Of a stretch of 64,000 bases of DNA, positions 1 to 10,500 are shown piece after piece. Position 1 is the first letter of the stretch. Each line of letters opens with the position of its first letter. The notes below the pieces were generated by a model. It saw only the letters and a list, made by a program, of their open reading frames with translations, had not been told where the DNA came from and made no database searches. Origin of the DNA: Desulfatiglandales bacterium (GTDB lineage Bacteria > Desulfobacterota > DSM-4660 > Desulfatiglandales > Desulfatiglandaceae). The stretch spans positions 4,960,001 through 5,024,000 of the forward strand of contig OY759599.1 in NCBI GenBank assembly GCA_963662465.1, in the 5' to 3' direction. The position numbers and the translations under genes are program-made.

Positions 1-313
1 TGAAGTCTACGATGGTATTTCGGGTCAGACAGTCCGGACAGTGGATGCGAAAGGGGATATAGGTGGTTCCTTTGAATTCACAGTCCGGATCATCGCACCG
101 GGTGCCCAGTAGTTTCCCCTGGGAAAGGTTTTCAAAAAACGGCGCTTCCCCACCGTAGCTGTGGATGTAAATCATTTCCCTGGGATTGGTGACACCCATG
201 AGTTTCCACCCGTCCTCTTCGTTTCGAATGGGCGTGTTGGGGGTGATGTGGTGGAAGTCCCCTTTAATTTTATATTGTCCGTTTTTGACCTTTACGGTTC
301 CAAATATGCTCAT
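1..313 (-). CDS. Zn-ribbon/OB-fold (DUF35-like) thiolase partner protein, runs off the window edge
   Basis: Not in the ORF track. ATG at 313 after a GGAGG RBS. Translates MSIFGTVKVK...YGGEAPFFENLSQGKLLGTRCDDPDC...RIHCPDC, with two Cys pairs, directly downstream of the thiolase gene. Confidence 0.8.
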   Translation of the reverse strand, partial: MSIFGTVKVKNGQYKIKGDFHHITPNTPIRNEEDGWKLMGVTNPREMIYIHSYGGEAPFFENLSQGKLLGTRCDDPDCEFKGTTYIPFRIHCPDCLTRNTIVDF

Positions 314-325
314 TTTGTCCTCCCT

Positions 326-1762
326 CTAGGCGTCTTCTTTCAACAGATGGTCGGGGTCCATTAAAATGGTGGCTGTTACATGGCTTCCCACACCAGCGTG
401 GCTAATGGCCAGTGCCCGTTTGGCGTCTTTCACCTGCAGGTCGGTCCAGTCGTCGGGTTTTTCTCGTCCGAATTCTTCCCATATTTTCACATCCCCATGG
501 ATCTCCCCCCACCGGTTCCATAAATGGGAAGCAACTTCAAATACTTGCATGATGCCCGTGGCGCCCACGGCATGCATGCACCCGATGAGTCCACCCGAAA
601 GGTTGCTCGGCAGTTTGCCGGGTTTCCCCGTGTGAGGGTTGGTATGGTAGCAGTCGCCTGATTCCACGTAGTCGCGGCCATATCCGTAAGGCCGGAGTCC
701 CACATCTTCATAGGACTGCACATCACTGATGGTAAAAGCGTCATGAAGTTCGATAACGTCTAAATCTTCCATGGGGTCCACGATGCCGGTCATGCGATAC
801 CCGTAATAGGCACTCATCCTCGCGCCCAGGAACCCGGTGAAACCGGGATAACGATCTCCGCCGGGGAATCTTTCTCCCAAATCGGCGTACTGATCCGCCG
901 TCTCATTCGGCAGCAGGGGAATATCCATGTCGCGGCGACAGGCCGGCCTGAGGGTATGGCTTCCTGCCGTTACCCAGATTCTGAGGGGCTTGTTCTTTGT
1001 GTTTTTCGTCAATTCCATGGCGGTGTCTTCATCGCAGATGATGGCGCAGGCAGCGCCGACACTCATGAGACAACAATCCAAAGCACGCAGGGGATATGCG
1101 ACAACGGGCGAGTTGAGGACATCATCCACGGTAATCTTCATAGGTGCCTGGGCATAGGGATTGAAGCGGGCATAACCGTGGTGTTTAACGGCAATTTCAG
1201 CCAAGGTTCGGCGGAAAGATTCTTCTTCCTTGCCGAATACCTGCCAGTATTTCTGTGCCATGACCGCATAATAGCCGGTGTAAATGTGGCCCAGGGGTGT
1301 TTCCCAGTCCTTGTCCGCCGCGCATGAAATCAGGTGATTGCCTTCATCGGTGGGGACTTCATCCATGCGTTCCCAGCCCATGGCCAGGGTGCAATCCGAG
1401 TAGCCGGAGGCCACCGCCTTGGCTGCTTCCCAGAGGGTAGACCCACCCGTGGCGCCGCCGGTTTTCACCCCGATATTGCCCAAGGGGTCCAGACCCAGAC
1501 GATCATGAATCACGGCCTCTCCCAGAAGCTGGTCTCCGAAATGATCCGCAAAATGTCCATAGTAGCAGGAGTGAATATAGCTTTTAAGCTCTGCGGGGCT
1601 TTTGTCAATGAGCCGTGCCGCCATGGCCAGGGCATCAATGCAGAGTTCCTCCGTCCTTTTATCCGGCATGGCGCGGTCAAATTTTGACTGACCTGCCGTT
1701 ACCAGATAAACCGGACGCATGAGTTTGGGGGTTTTAAGTTGTCGATCACTAAATTTAATCAT
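326..1762 (-). CDS. Thiolase-fold (SCP2/Ltp2-like) protein lacking the nucleophilic Cys
   Basis: Motifs ELHDAF, NLSGGLIGCMHAVGATG and MGWERM; KTGGATGG occupies the usual xxACASG position. Confidence 0.85.
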   Translation of the reverse strand: MIKFSDRQLKTPKLMRPVYLVTAGQSKFDRAMPDKRTEELCIDALAMAARLIDKSPAELKSYIHSCYYGHFADHFGDQLLGEAVIHDRLGLDPLGNIGVKTGGATGGSTLWEAAKAVASGYSDCTLAMGWERMDEVPTDEGNHLISCAADKDWETPLGHIYTGYYAVMAQKYWQVFGKEEESFRRTLAEIAVKHHGYARFNPYAQAPMKITVDDVLNSPVVAYPLRALDCCLMSVGAACAIICDEDTAMELTKNTKNKPLRIWVTAGSHTLRPACRRDMDIPLLPNETADQYADLGERFPGGDRYPGFTGFLGARMSAYYGYRMTGIVDPMEDLDVIELHDAFTISDVQSYEDVGLRPYGYGRDYVESGDCYHTNPHTGKPGKLPSNLSGGLIGCMHAVGATGIMQVFEVASHLWNRWGEIHGDVKIWEEFGREKPDDWTDLQVKDAKRALAISHAGVGSHVTATILMDPDHLLKEDA

Positions 1763-1832
1763 GCCCTACCCTCCCTTTTTACAGGTTGTCAGTTTGGCCT
1801 CGCATTTTCGAAGCCTGTATTCATGGCCTGGA

Positions 1833-2375
1833 TCAGAGCGTTCCGATCCAAAGCGCAATGGCTTGTTTTTTATTGCGGTTCACGATTTTTTGTTTTTCCT
1901 TGTCCGACCAGTAATGGATGATGTCTCCCTCAAACAACGTAACCGTTTCATCGCTGCGCACCAGCTCCAATGATCCTTTGAGAATACAGAGCAGCTCCTG
2001 ACCGTTATTGATCTCTTCTCTGACCGGAATGGATTTGTTGGGCATCAAAACGAGGATGGCGCTATCGATGACAGTTCTGTTTTCGGGTGGAAAAAATCGT
2101 CGGGTGATAAATCCGGTATGGGGCAGATCCACATCGTCCCATTCCTGCTTTCGGATAACAGCCAGGCGTTCCTGTTCTTTCATCTGATTCAAAATATCCC
2201 CGGCATTGACCCCAATGGCATTGCAGATTTTCATGAGGGTGTCCACGGAGGGGGATTTGACATTGTTTTCCACCTGGCTCATAAATCCTTCGGAAATGCC
2301 CGATTTTTCCGCTATGGCCTTCAGGGTTAGCTTTCTGTCTTTTCGGTGTCTTCGAATCAGGGGGCCGAGATTCAT
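1833..2375 (-). CDS. XRE-family HTH regulator with C-terminal cupin
   Basis: LTLKAIAEKSGISEGFMSQVENNVKSPS HTH; cupin motif ELLCILKGSL. Confidence 0.9.
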   Translation of the reverse strand: MNLGPLIRRHRKDRKLTLKAIAEKSGISEGFMSQVENNVKSPSVDTLMKICNAIGVNAGDILNQMKEQERLAVIRKQEWDDVDLPHTGFITRRFFPPENRTVIDSAILVLMPNKSIPVREEINNGQELLCILKGSLELVRSDETVTLFEGDIIHYWSDKEKQKIVNRNKKQAIALWIGTL

Positions 2376-2779
2376 GATGAAAGCGCCTTCAATAAGAGTT
2401 GAAGAATTTCGCGTACAACATTTGCTATAGGTTAATTTTTCTTATAGATTAACATTTACCTTACTGTCAATATCTTTTTGCGTTTTCAAGTAATCTTTTT
2501 TTTCACTAAACGTAATCTGTTAGCATTTAAAGTAAAAAAGCATCTTCGCCACTTCATGGGATGACTCGAAAGTTGACCTGTGCTAAAACATTACCTATAA
2601 GATGAATCCTTTTTTGTTGACAGGTTTTGGCTCCTGTCTGTACATTGAAGAGCGATATCGTTAGCGGGAAGGAGTCCCTAACTATTACGATTCAGACTGA
2701 AGAGCAGTGTAAGGTGGAACATTTTGTCTCTGTTTTCTCATGAAACGGCGTTAAGCCAAAAGAAGATGAAGGAGAACAA

Positions 2780-3931
2780 ATGGATTTTAGTCTTTCGATG
2801 GAACAAGAGATTTTACGTAATTCGGTACGCGATTTTGCCGAAAATGAGATTAAACCTGTTGCCGGAGAATTAGATGAAAAAGAGACGTTTTCCTATGAAA
2901 CCATGAAGAAAATGGCGGAACTGGGACTTTTTGGGATGTTCGTCTCGGAAAAGTACGGTGGCCAGGGAATGGATTATGTCTCCTACATTATCGCCACCGA
3001 AGAGATCGCACGCATCGATGGTTCCCATGCCGCCACCGTAGCCGCCGGCAATTCCCTGGGAATCGGCCCCCTTTACTATTTTGGAAATGAAGAACAGAAA
3101 CATCGGTATCTTCCCAAACTGTGCAGTGGCGAGGCCCTTTGGGGGTTTGGCCTGACAGAACCGGATGCCGGATCGGATGCCGCCAATTCCAAAACAACCG
3201 CTGTTTTGGATGGAGACGAATGGGTCATTAACGGCAGCAAAATCTTTATCACCAATGCCTCCACCGATATTACATCAGGCGTCACCGCCCTCTGCCGAAC
3301 GGGCACGCGTAAAGATGGCCGGCCCGAGCTTAGCTGCATTCTCATTGAAGCAGGCGCCCCCGGGTTTGAAGCACGGGAAATGCATGGCAAACTCATGTGG
3401 CGCGCCTCCAACACCAGCGAGCTCTATTTTGACGACTGCCGGGTGCCCAAAGAGAACATGCTGGGTCCCAGGGGCGACGGTTTCCATCAAATGATGCAGA
3501 CCCTGGACGGCGGTCGGTTGTCCATCGGCGCCATGGGACTGGGTGGGGCACAGGGGTGCTTCGACCTGGCCCTGAAATACAGTAAGGAGCGGTCCCAGTT
3601 TGGAAAACCCATCTCCAATTTTCAGGTAAATGCGTTTAAATTGGCGGATATGGCACTGGAAATTGAATGCGCTCGGCTAATTCTCTATAAGGCCTGCTGG
3701 CTCAGGGACCAACAAAAATCTTTTTCCAAGGAAGCGGCCATGGCCAAGCTTCACTGTTCCGAAGTGATGTACCGATGCGCCAACCATGCCGTCCAGCTCC
3801 ATGGGGGATACGGGCTCATGAAGGAATACGACGTGGAGCGCTTCTACCGGGACCAGAAGCTTCTGGAGATCGGAGAAGGCACTTCGGAAGTGCAACGGAT
3901 TGTCATTTCAAGACTCATAGGCGCACTTTAA
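2780..3931 (+). CDS. Acyl-CoA dehydrogenase
   Basis: FGLTEPDAGSDA, INGSKIFITN, QLHGGYG, EIGEGTSEVQR. Confidence 0.95.
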   Translation: MDFSLSMEQEILRNSVRDFAENEIKPVAGELDEKETFSYETMKKMAELGLFGMFVSEKYGGQGMDYVSYIIATEEIARIDGSHAATVAAGNSLGIGPLYYFGNEEQKHRYLPKLCSGEALWGFGLTEPDAGSDAANSKTTAVLDGDEWVINGSKIFITNASTDITSGVTALCRTGTRKDGRPELSCILIEAGAPGFEAREMHGKLMWRASNTSELYFDDCRVPKENMLGPRGDGFHQMMQTLDGGRLSIGAMGLGGAQGCFDLALKYSKERSQFGKPISNFQVNAFKLADMALEIECARLILYKACWLRDQQKSFSKEAAMAKLHCSEVMYRCANHAVQLHGGYGLMKEYDVERFYRDQKLLEIGEGTSEVQRIVISRLIGAL

Positions 3932-3968
3932 ACCCTTAAACCAAGAAAGACGAACGAAACACAACCTC

Positions 3969-5789
3969 ATGTTAGATTATATTCTGGGCAAAGAGATTGC
4001 CGCCTATGTAAAACGCCACCGGGGCATGGTCGTCTGTGCTCTGGCGCTTATGATCGTAGCCTCCCTTTTTCAGGTGGTACCGGTTTATCTGCTTCAGCCT
4101 TTTGTGGACGAAGGAATGAAAACAGGGGCAGCCCCCGTGGCCTGGAAGATCCCATGGTTTGCCTTTGACGGCGATTCATTGTTTTCCATCACGCGAACTG
4201 ATGTGACAGTGGTCAAAGACATCTCACCCAACCGGCTTCTGGTCCTGTTGACCCTGGTGGCGTTTATATCGATTTTCATCAAATCCATTGCCACGTACCT
4301 GGCCGGCCTGGCAGCAGCCTCTTTTTCCAATAAGGCCGTAAAATCCGTGAGAATCGACCTGTTTGACAAATTTATTGCCCTTCCCCAAGGATTCCATCAC
4401 AAAACAAAAGCAGGTGAACTCATTGCCCGGTCCACGGCGGATTTGTCCGTATTGCAGAGCCTGATTTCAGAAATTCTTCTGGGACTTATCGAATATCCCC
4501 TGACCGCGCTGGTTTTTCTGATGTACCTGTTTGTCATGAACCTCAAGATGACCCTGCTGGTGTTTTTTATGGTTCCCTTAATCGCCCTTCTGATCCGGTT
4601 GTTCGGCCGAAAGGTGAAGAAAAACTCTACGCTGGTTCAAACCGCCACCGCCGATGTGACCTCCACCTACCATGAAACCCTTCTCTGCCTTAAATTGGTA
4701 CAGGGATTTTTCATGGGAAAACGGGAGTCTGAGCGTTTCAGCGGCCTGGCGGAAAACCTCTATCAAAAAATTATGCGGTGGAACCGATGGCACCTGGGGC
4801 TGGGGCCTTTGATGGATACGGTGGTCTTTCTGGTGATGCCCGCGATTCTAATCGTTGGAAAGGTCTATTTTCATCATACCCTGGGGGAACTGCTGGCCAT
4901 GGCCTATGCCTTTTCCCGGGTATACCGGCCCATCAAGCGACTGGCCCTGGTCAACAACCACATCAAGACCCTTCAGGGCGCCACGGACCGGGTTTTCCAA
5001 ATCATGGAAACCGTCCCGGATATCCGGGACAAGGCAAACGCAAAGGCGCTTTCCCGGAAAAAGGGCACCATTGAATTTGATCACGTAAATTTCGCCTACG
5101 CCCCCACCGAACCGGTACTCAGGGATGTTTCCTTTAAACTGAAGGAAGGAGAGATGGCGGCATTTGTGGGGTCCACCGGGGCGGGAAAAAGCACCCTGCT
5201 GGATCTGATCCCCCGGTTCTACGATGTCACGGGCGGCGCGATTTTGATTGATGGAAACGATGTGCGTGACGTGACGTTGAAATCCCTTCGGAGACGCATC
5301 GGGATTGTGAACCAGGATATTTTGCTTTTTAATGAAACCATTTCCTATAACATCAGCTACGGAGATCCAGGGAAAAGCGCCCAGGAGATCGAGGCCGCAG
5401 CAAAAGCGGCTTACGCCCATGACTTCATCATGGCCCAACCCAAGGGCTATGATACCACCGTGGGGGATATGGGGAGCCTGTTGTCCGGAGGGCAGCGGCA
5501 ACGCATTGCCATTGCCAGGGCCATTCTGGTGGAGCCCGCCATTCTGATGCTGGACGAGGCGGCATCGGCCCTGGATGCCGAGAGTGAGGGGCACGTTCAA
5601 CGCGCCATTGAAGGGCTCAAGGGGTCGCGAACCATCCTAACTGTGGCCCACAGGCTCAGCACCATTCGAAAAGCAGACTGTATCTTTGTGCTGGAAGCGG
5701 GCCGGATCGTAGAATCCGGAACCCTTTCGGAGCTGTTACAGCTGAACGGACGATTCAAACAGCTCCATGATATGCAATTCAAGGTGTAG
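3969..5789 (+). CDS. ABC exporter, fused permease/ATPase (MsbA-like)
   Basis: N-terminal TM helices; Walker A GSTGAGKST; LSGGQRQR; LDEAASALD. Confidence 0.92.
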   Translation: MLDYILGKEIAAYVKRHRGMVVCALALMIVASLFQVVPVYLLQPFVDEGMKTGAAPVAWKIPWFAFDGDSLFSITRTDVTVVKDISPNRLLVLLTLVAFISIFIKSIATYLAGLAAASFSNKAVKSVRIDLFDKFIALPQGFHHKTKAGELIARSTADLSVLQSLISEILLGLIEYPLTALVFLMYLFVMNLKMTLLVFFMVPLIALLIRLFGRKVKKNSTLVQTATADVTSTYHETLLCLKLVQGFFMGKRESERFSGLAENLYQKIMRWNRWHLGLGPLMDTVVFLVMPAILIVGKVYFHHTLGELLAMAYAFSRVYRPIKRLALVNNHIKTLQGATDRVFQIMETVPDIRDKANAKALSRKKGTIEFDHVNFAYAPTEPVLRDVSFKLKEGEMAAFVGSTGAGKSTLLDLIPRFYDVTGGAILIDGNDVRDVTLKSLRRRIGIVNQDILLFNETISYNISYGDPGKSAQEIEAAAKAAYAHDFIMAQPKGYDTTVGDMGSLLSGGQRQRIAIARAILVEPAILMLDEAASALDAESEGHVQRAIEGLKGSRTILTVAHRLSTIRKADCIFVLEAGRIVESGTLSELLQLNGRFKQLHDMQFKV

Positions 5790-5874
5790 AAAAAAACGCC
5801 CGACCTGCAGTCACGCCATTTCGGCGTCATATCCTACCTAAACTGAACCACTACCCAACCGGGTACTTTTTCGC

Positions 5875-6129
5875 TTACAATTTCCCCCTGACATATTCAG
5901 CAATCCGGTTAATGGTGGTGAGCTTCGTGTAATCGTCTTCATCGATCCTGATGCCGTATTCATCCTGCAACACGAGTGCCACCGTGGCCAAGTCCATGCT
6001 GTCAATGCCCACCTCATCCACCAGATCAATTTCAGGATCAAATGTTTCGGGGGTCACATCCTCAAGTTTCAGTTCTTCGATCATAATTTTCGCAATATGG
6101 ACGGCGATGTCCTTTAAACCATTTTTCAC
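5875..6129 (-). CDS. Acyl carrier protein
   Basis: 84 aa, acidic, GIDSMD phosphopantetheine motif. Confidence 0.9.
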   Translation of the reverse strand: MKNGLKDIAVHIAKIMIEELKLEDVTPETFDPEIDLVDEVGIDSMDLATVALVLQDEYGIRIDEDDYTKLTTINRIAEYVRGKL

Positions 6130-6154
6130 CTTATTCTTCCTCCTTCACGGGGTC

Positions 6155-6517
6155 TCAGCCCAAATCTTTCACCAAAAGCACGCCATTGCATGCCAGTTCA
6201 TCTTCAACCAGGATCCGAAAGGCGTAAGCCCCTTCCTTCGATTTCCGGGATGTCGCAATGATTTGCAACTTTTGTTTGGGTCTTATTATTTTTTTAAACC
6301 GCACCTTCTTGAATCCTGCAACCGTAAGATTTTGTTTGCCGCACATTTTGATTACATCAAAGGCCATTTCCAGTTGTGCGATCGCAGGGAGTATGGGATC
6401 TTCGGGAAAATGGCCGTCAAACCAGGGGGAATCTGGCAATACCTCAGCATTCAAGATCATTTGATCTGAACCGGAACATGCCAGGTCCAAGATGGAATAC
6501 CATTTCATTGCGCTCAC
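6155..6517 (-). CDS. FabA/FabZ-like hotdog dehydratase (ApeI-like)
   Basis: WFDGHFPEDPILPAIAQLE motif. Confidence 0.85.
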   Translation of the reverse strand: MSAMKWYSILDLACSGSDQMILNAEVLPDSPWFDGHFPEDPILPAIAQLEMAFDVIKMCGKQNLTVAGFKKVRFKKIIRPKQKLQIIATSRKSKEGAYAFRILVEDELACNGVLLVKDLG

Positions 6518-6533
6518 CCTTATCAGCCCCTCG

Positions 6534-7883
6534 TTAACGAATTAAATGCTCCCACAGGGGACCCGAGTGTCCCCTCTCATACAGCCGGGCCACAATGCCT
6601 GCCGTGTTGTCGCCGCCGGAACCCACCACCCAATTGGGGCGTTTCCGGGCGTGCGCCTCAAACCGCTGAAGGATTTCTTCCCGGCGAATCTTTTTGGACG
6701 CGTAGAAGCAGGGCTCAAGAAGATTTTGGGAGGCGGATATTTGTTCTTCCGCTACAGCCATGTCATAAAGATCCGTATGCGGATAAATCCGCAAGGCGGG
6801 GAAAAAAAAGAAAACACCGCGGGTTAATTTTTCAATATTGTTAAGGGTTTCATCCACGGAATCCCCATCTTCACCCGGGCCTCCCAGCAGAAAAAAATGT
6901 GAAACGTATAATCCGCTGGCAATGGCAGCCTTGTGCGCACGAAAAACATGCGCTGTCCGAAACGGTTTTTCGTAGGATTTGAGCATGGGATCACATAAGG
7001 ACTCCGTGCCGAATTCCGCATGGGTTAAACCTGCTCGCGCCATGAGTTCAAAGTATCCGCCAGGCGGATTCACAGGCGCAAAAAAAGCACCCCAGGGAAT
7101 CTTGACGCCGGCGTCAATAAATGCTTCCGCCACCGCCATACTGTGGGCCGTATGGGAATTGAATACGGAATCCGTTACAAAAAAGTATTTCGCCCCGGCC
7201 CTCTGGAGGCGCAAGGCGTCTTCCGCCGCCGCTTCAGGGGGGAGCAACCGCAGCCTTCTTCCCTCAATATGGGGATAGGTGCAGTAGATGCACCTGAAGG
7301 GACACCCTCGCTTGGTCTGAAGGTTCAGCATCCCCCCGTTTTTGAGATAATATTGCAGGTGCAGGCTGTCGGGCAGATGGTTTCTGCCCCATGAACCAGC
7401 TAACGGCGGGGGGATGGTTTTTGGTCCGGTTTGGGTCACAACGCCGGGGATGTCGTTTATTGGCTCATTTTTTTCCATGGCTCCCAGCAAATCGGCCAGT
7501 CGCTCTCCTTCGCCCACAATACCATATTCCGCCCCGAGAGCCGCCATCATCTCTTCCGGAAAGAGGGTAAAACCACTGCCCCCCAAAACCAGGGGGCCTT
7601 GGGTGTGTGTTCGGATGGCATTTGCAACGCTTCGGTATTCCGCCACAAAACTGCGTTGATCCGTTTGATCCGTGTTATCGATGTTTCTTAAAGACATGCC
7701 CATGATATCCGGGACAAAGGAATCGATCATCCGGATCAATGAATCAATACCCCCCAGCGCATTCACATCCGCAATCCGCACCTCATGATGGGACGAAATG
7801 GCATCCGCCACATGGTCGAGGCCCAAAGGGTATACCGGATAGGGTGTGGTCAGCGTATTGGCTGAAATCAGCAGGACCTTCAT
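6534..7883 (-). CDS. B12-binding radical SAM protein, lipid-biosynthesis type
   Basis: PYPVYPLGL and SLRNIDN B12-binding N-terminus; QTKRGCPFRCIYCTYP CxxxCxxC; lies in an ACP/KS operon. Confidence 0.88.
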   Translation of the reverse strand: MKVLLISANTLTTPYPVYPLGLDHVADAISSHHEVRIADVNALGGIDSLIRMIDSFVPDIMGMSLRNIDNTDQTDQRSFVAEYRSVANAIRTHTQGPLVLGGSGFTLFPEEMMAALGAEYGIVGEGERLADLLGAMEKNEPINDIPGVVTQTGPKTIPPPLAGSWGRNHLPDSLHLQYYLKNGGMLNLQTKRGCPFRCIYCTYPHIEGRRLRLLPPEAAAEDALRLQRAGAKYFFVTDSVFNSHTAHSMAVAEAFIDAGVKIPWGAFFAPVNPPGGYFELMARAGLTHAEFGTESLCDPMLKSYEKPFRTAHVFRAHKAAIASGLYVSHFFLLGGPGEDGDSVDETLNNIEKLTRGVFFFFPALRIYPHTDLYDMAVAEEQISASQNLLEPCFYASKKIRREEILQRFEAHARKRPNWVVGSGGDNTAGIVARLYERGHSGPLWEHLIR

Positions 7884-10057
7884 GGTGACTCTTCCGGGGG
7901 ATAAACACCAACAGCAGTGACAAAGGAACCCAGACCCAACAAAAGAATCCCTTTCCCATTCAGGTGTATCGGGATCTCACCTGTTTTCACCAATGCCACC
8001 GCAAGGACCGCCGCCACGGCCGAGGCCGAAGCGAATTGGCCTACCAATCGTCTGTAATCAATGGTGGGTCCGTTAAAACCGGTCTCCTGGATAAACAAGT
8101 GAAGCTGTTTGAGGCTTTCCAAATAAATTCCGGCGGGCAAACCCGCCAAAACAGCTCCGAAGTTTTGCTTTATGGTTTCAGGTCCTCCCAAACGCTCAAT
8201 CAGCAATGCCATGACATTCGGATTTCCGTTTGTATTTTCATAGAACAGCGGCGCCAACTTCGGACCTGAACATGTTCTTCCGCACTGCAGAAGCAAGGCG
8301 CCACCCCCATCGGAAGGGACCTCCGTCCGTGCCGCAAAAGGATCAAACAGCCGGGACAATACCGGATGGAATTCATCGGCCCCCATCACCAGAAACGGTT
8401 TATCCCCCTCCTTTGCCAAAAGATTCGCTGCCATTAATGCCTGTTCGAAAGAATAGTCTCCCCCGGTGGTGGTTATATTCGCCCCCCTGGCATTAAACCT
8501 TACGGCAATTTGACCAGCGGTGGCATTATGTACGGAACCGATAAAATCAGTGGGGCTGGAAAACCGTTCGCCCGTTTCATACAAATGACTCAAAAAATCG
8601 TGGGTTTCCGAAAGGGCGCCCCATCCCGTACCCAAAAAAACAGCCCCCGGTTTTGGGTCCGCGCAAGCATCCTCACAAGCGGCCACGGCCAGGGAAAGGC
8701 CCATTCGGGAAAGCCGTTTGAGACGCCGGACGGTTTTGGAAGAAAGGGAGCGGACCATCTCCTTTTCAGGAAGCAGTCCCTCACAGCTCAGGCCCTTCGA
8801 AAAATCCGTCAGCGTTTGGTTTTTATTCCCCGCCCCCGTTAAACAGGCGCTTCCCATTACCGCCAGGTGCAAGGGTAATTCCCGGGAGGGCGAACGTTGT
8901 GCCACCCTCGATCTTCCGATAATAATGCTTGCATTGCTGCCGCCAAAGCCGAAGGAGTTGGAGAGTACGGTTTTGATGGGCGTCTTTATTGATTTCCTCA
9001 CCGGGTTCACCCCTAATCGGGGGTCGGGCCTGTGGCACCCCACACCGGCGGGCGCAACGCCTTCTTCAATGCACTTGACGGCAATCACCGCCTCAACAGC
9101 CCCCGCCGCCGAGAGACTGTGGCCAAAGGTTCCCTTCACCGACGAAACAAGGGGCCCCTGTTGATCAAAGAGACGATTGAAGGCCTTGGCTTCCGACAGA
9201 TCATTGTCGATGGTGCCGGTGCCATGAAAGTTGACATAATCAATGTCCGATGGGGTCATTCCCGCGTCGGCCAGCGCCCCTTTCATGGCGCTCAGGGCAC
9301 CCCGGCCCTCGGGGTCCGGAGAGGCGGGATGATAGGCGTCGCACGTAAGACCCGCGCCCAAAACCTCAATGGCGTCGGGATCAATGATGTGATCTTCTCC
9401 CCAGATGTCCCATCCTTCGAGGAGCAGCATCCCGGCGCCCTCCGAAACGGTGAGTCCCCGCCGGTCCCGGTCCAGGGGGCGGGCCCCCTGGGGATCAATC
9501 AATTGCAGAGAATGAAAACCGAAATAGGTGAGGCGGCACAACGATTCAGCCCCCCCCGCAAGCACCCTTTTGACCCGGCCGCTTTTCAACAGGGCTGCGG
9601 CGATGGCGATGGCCGCGGCGCCCGATGAACAGGCCGTTGAAACCGTGATCACAGGCCCTTTGCAGTTCAGTTTCAGGGCGAGATACTCGGCGACTGACCC
9701 GGCGCCATGGTATGAAAACAGCAATGGATCCGACTGCTTCCCTTTCAACAATTTTTCGGTTCGACTCATCCCGCCCGTTGTGGTACCCATGACAATGGCG
9801 TCGGGCGGGCCATTACAACCGGCCATGGCTTCATTTGCCGCCATAAGCGCCACCCGGTGTGTTCTGGGAGGTCCCTCCGGGGAACCTAATCCACTGACTT
9901 CCCCTACGGGAAAAGAGAGATCCACTGCCGTGGGAAAGAGAGTGAACGTTCCAATACCGGTTTCATTCCTCTTCAATGCAGCCCAGTTTTGGGCCACACC
10001 GATGGCCACGGGCGTGATCAGCCCCATGCCGGCAACGATTACACGAATGTCTGTCAC
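7880..10057 (-). CDS. Beta-ketoacyl-ACP synthase fused to a chain-length-factor-like domain
   Basis: KS catalytic TACSSG / HGTGT / GHSL and SNSFGFGG; C-terminal domain of about 330 aa with RRLKRLSRM and SPTDFIGSVHNA and no catalytic Cys. Confidence 0.88.
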   Translation of the reverse strand: MTDIRVIVAGMGLITPVAIGVAQNWAALKRNETGIGTFTLFPTAVDLSFPVGEVSGLGSPEGPPRTHRVALMAANEAMAGCNGPPDAIVMGTTTGGMSRTEKLLKGKQSDPLLFSYHGAGSVAEYLALKLNCKGPVITVSTACSSGAAAIAIAAALLKSGRVKRVLAGGAESLCRLTYFGFHSLQLIDPQGARPLDRDRRGLTVSEGAGMLLLEGWDIWGEDHIIDPDAIEVLGAGLTCDAYHPASPDPEGRGALSAMKGALADAGMTPSDIDYVNFHGTGTIDNDLSEAKAFNRLFDQQGPLVSSVKGTFGHSLSAAGAVEAVIAVKCIEEGVAPAGVGCHRPDPRLGVNPVRKSIKTPIKTVLSNSFGFGGSNASIIIGRSRVAQRSPSRELPLHLAVMGSACLTGAGNKNQTLTDFSKGLSCEGLLPEKEMVRSLSSKTVRRLKRLSRMGLSLAVAACEDACADPKPGAVFLGTGWGALSETHDFLSHLYETGERFSSPTDFIGSVHNATAGQIAVRFNARGANITTTGGDYSFEQALMAANLLAKEGDKPFLVMGADEFHPVLSRLFDPFAARTEVPSDGGGALLLQCGRTCSGPKLAPLFYENTNGNPNVMALLIERLGGPETIKQNFGAVLAGLPAGIYLESLKQLHLFIQETGFNGPTIDYRRLVGQFASASAVAAVLAVALVKTGEIPIHLNGKGILLLGLGSFVTAVGVYPPEESP

Positions 10058-10320
10058 AAGGTTCCCGCCGGCGTATTTTCTCGAATATAGGCGGCAAGGG
10101 CTTTCAGGTTGGCGAAAACACGGGCCCCCAACTCTTTATTGTCTATTTTCAGGCCGTAATCCTTTTCAATCATGATGACCAGTTCCAACACATCGATGGA
10201 GTCCAACCCCAGATCTCCGCCCACCAGTTGGTCTTCTTCGCCGATATCTTCCGGCGACACTTCTTCGAGTCTCAGGGTGTCAATTATTTTAATCCGCAGT
10301 TCATCGATCAAGTTACGCAT
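10054..10320 (-). CDS. Acyl carrier protein
   Basis: LGLDSIDVLELV motif. Confidence 0.92.
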   Translation of the reverse strand: MRNLIDELRIKIIDTLRLEEVSPEDIGEEDQLVGGDLGLDSIDVLELVIMIEKDYGLKIDNKELGARVFANLKALAAYIRENTPAGTL

Positions 10321-10500
10321 AAATTTTTCCCGTAAAAGGTTCGCTTTTCAGCCCGAAATTTCAAAATCTGGGATTGCCACTTTACAGAAGCGGCAAAGTA
10401 TCGTAAAAAACTCTTTAAAATATCATGATCCCTTGTTTCGGTCAATGTCAATTTCGAAAACATGATCCTGGATGATTTTAATATGTTCGGAGGGTAACCC

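Noticed and set aside
2617..2779. Possible T-box or riboswitch in the long ACD leader (hairpin, GGTGGAAC)
   Set aside because: No specifier loop, AG box or terminator could be identified. An Rfam scan would be needed.
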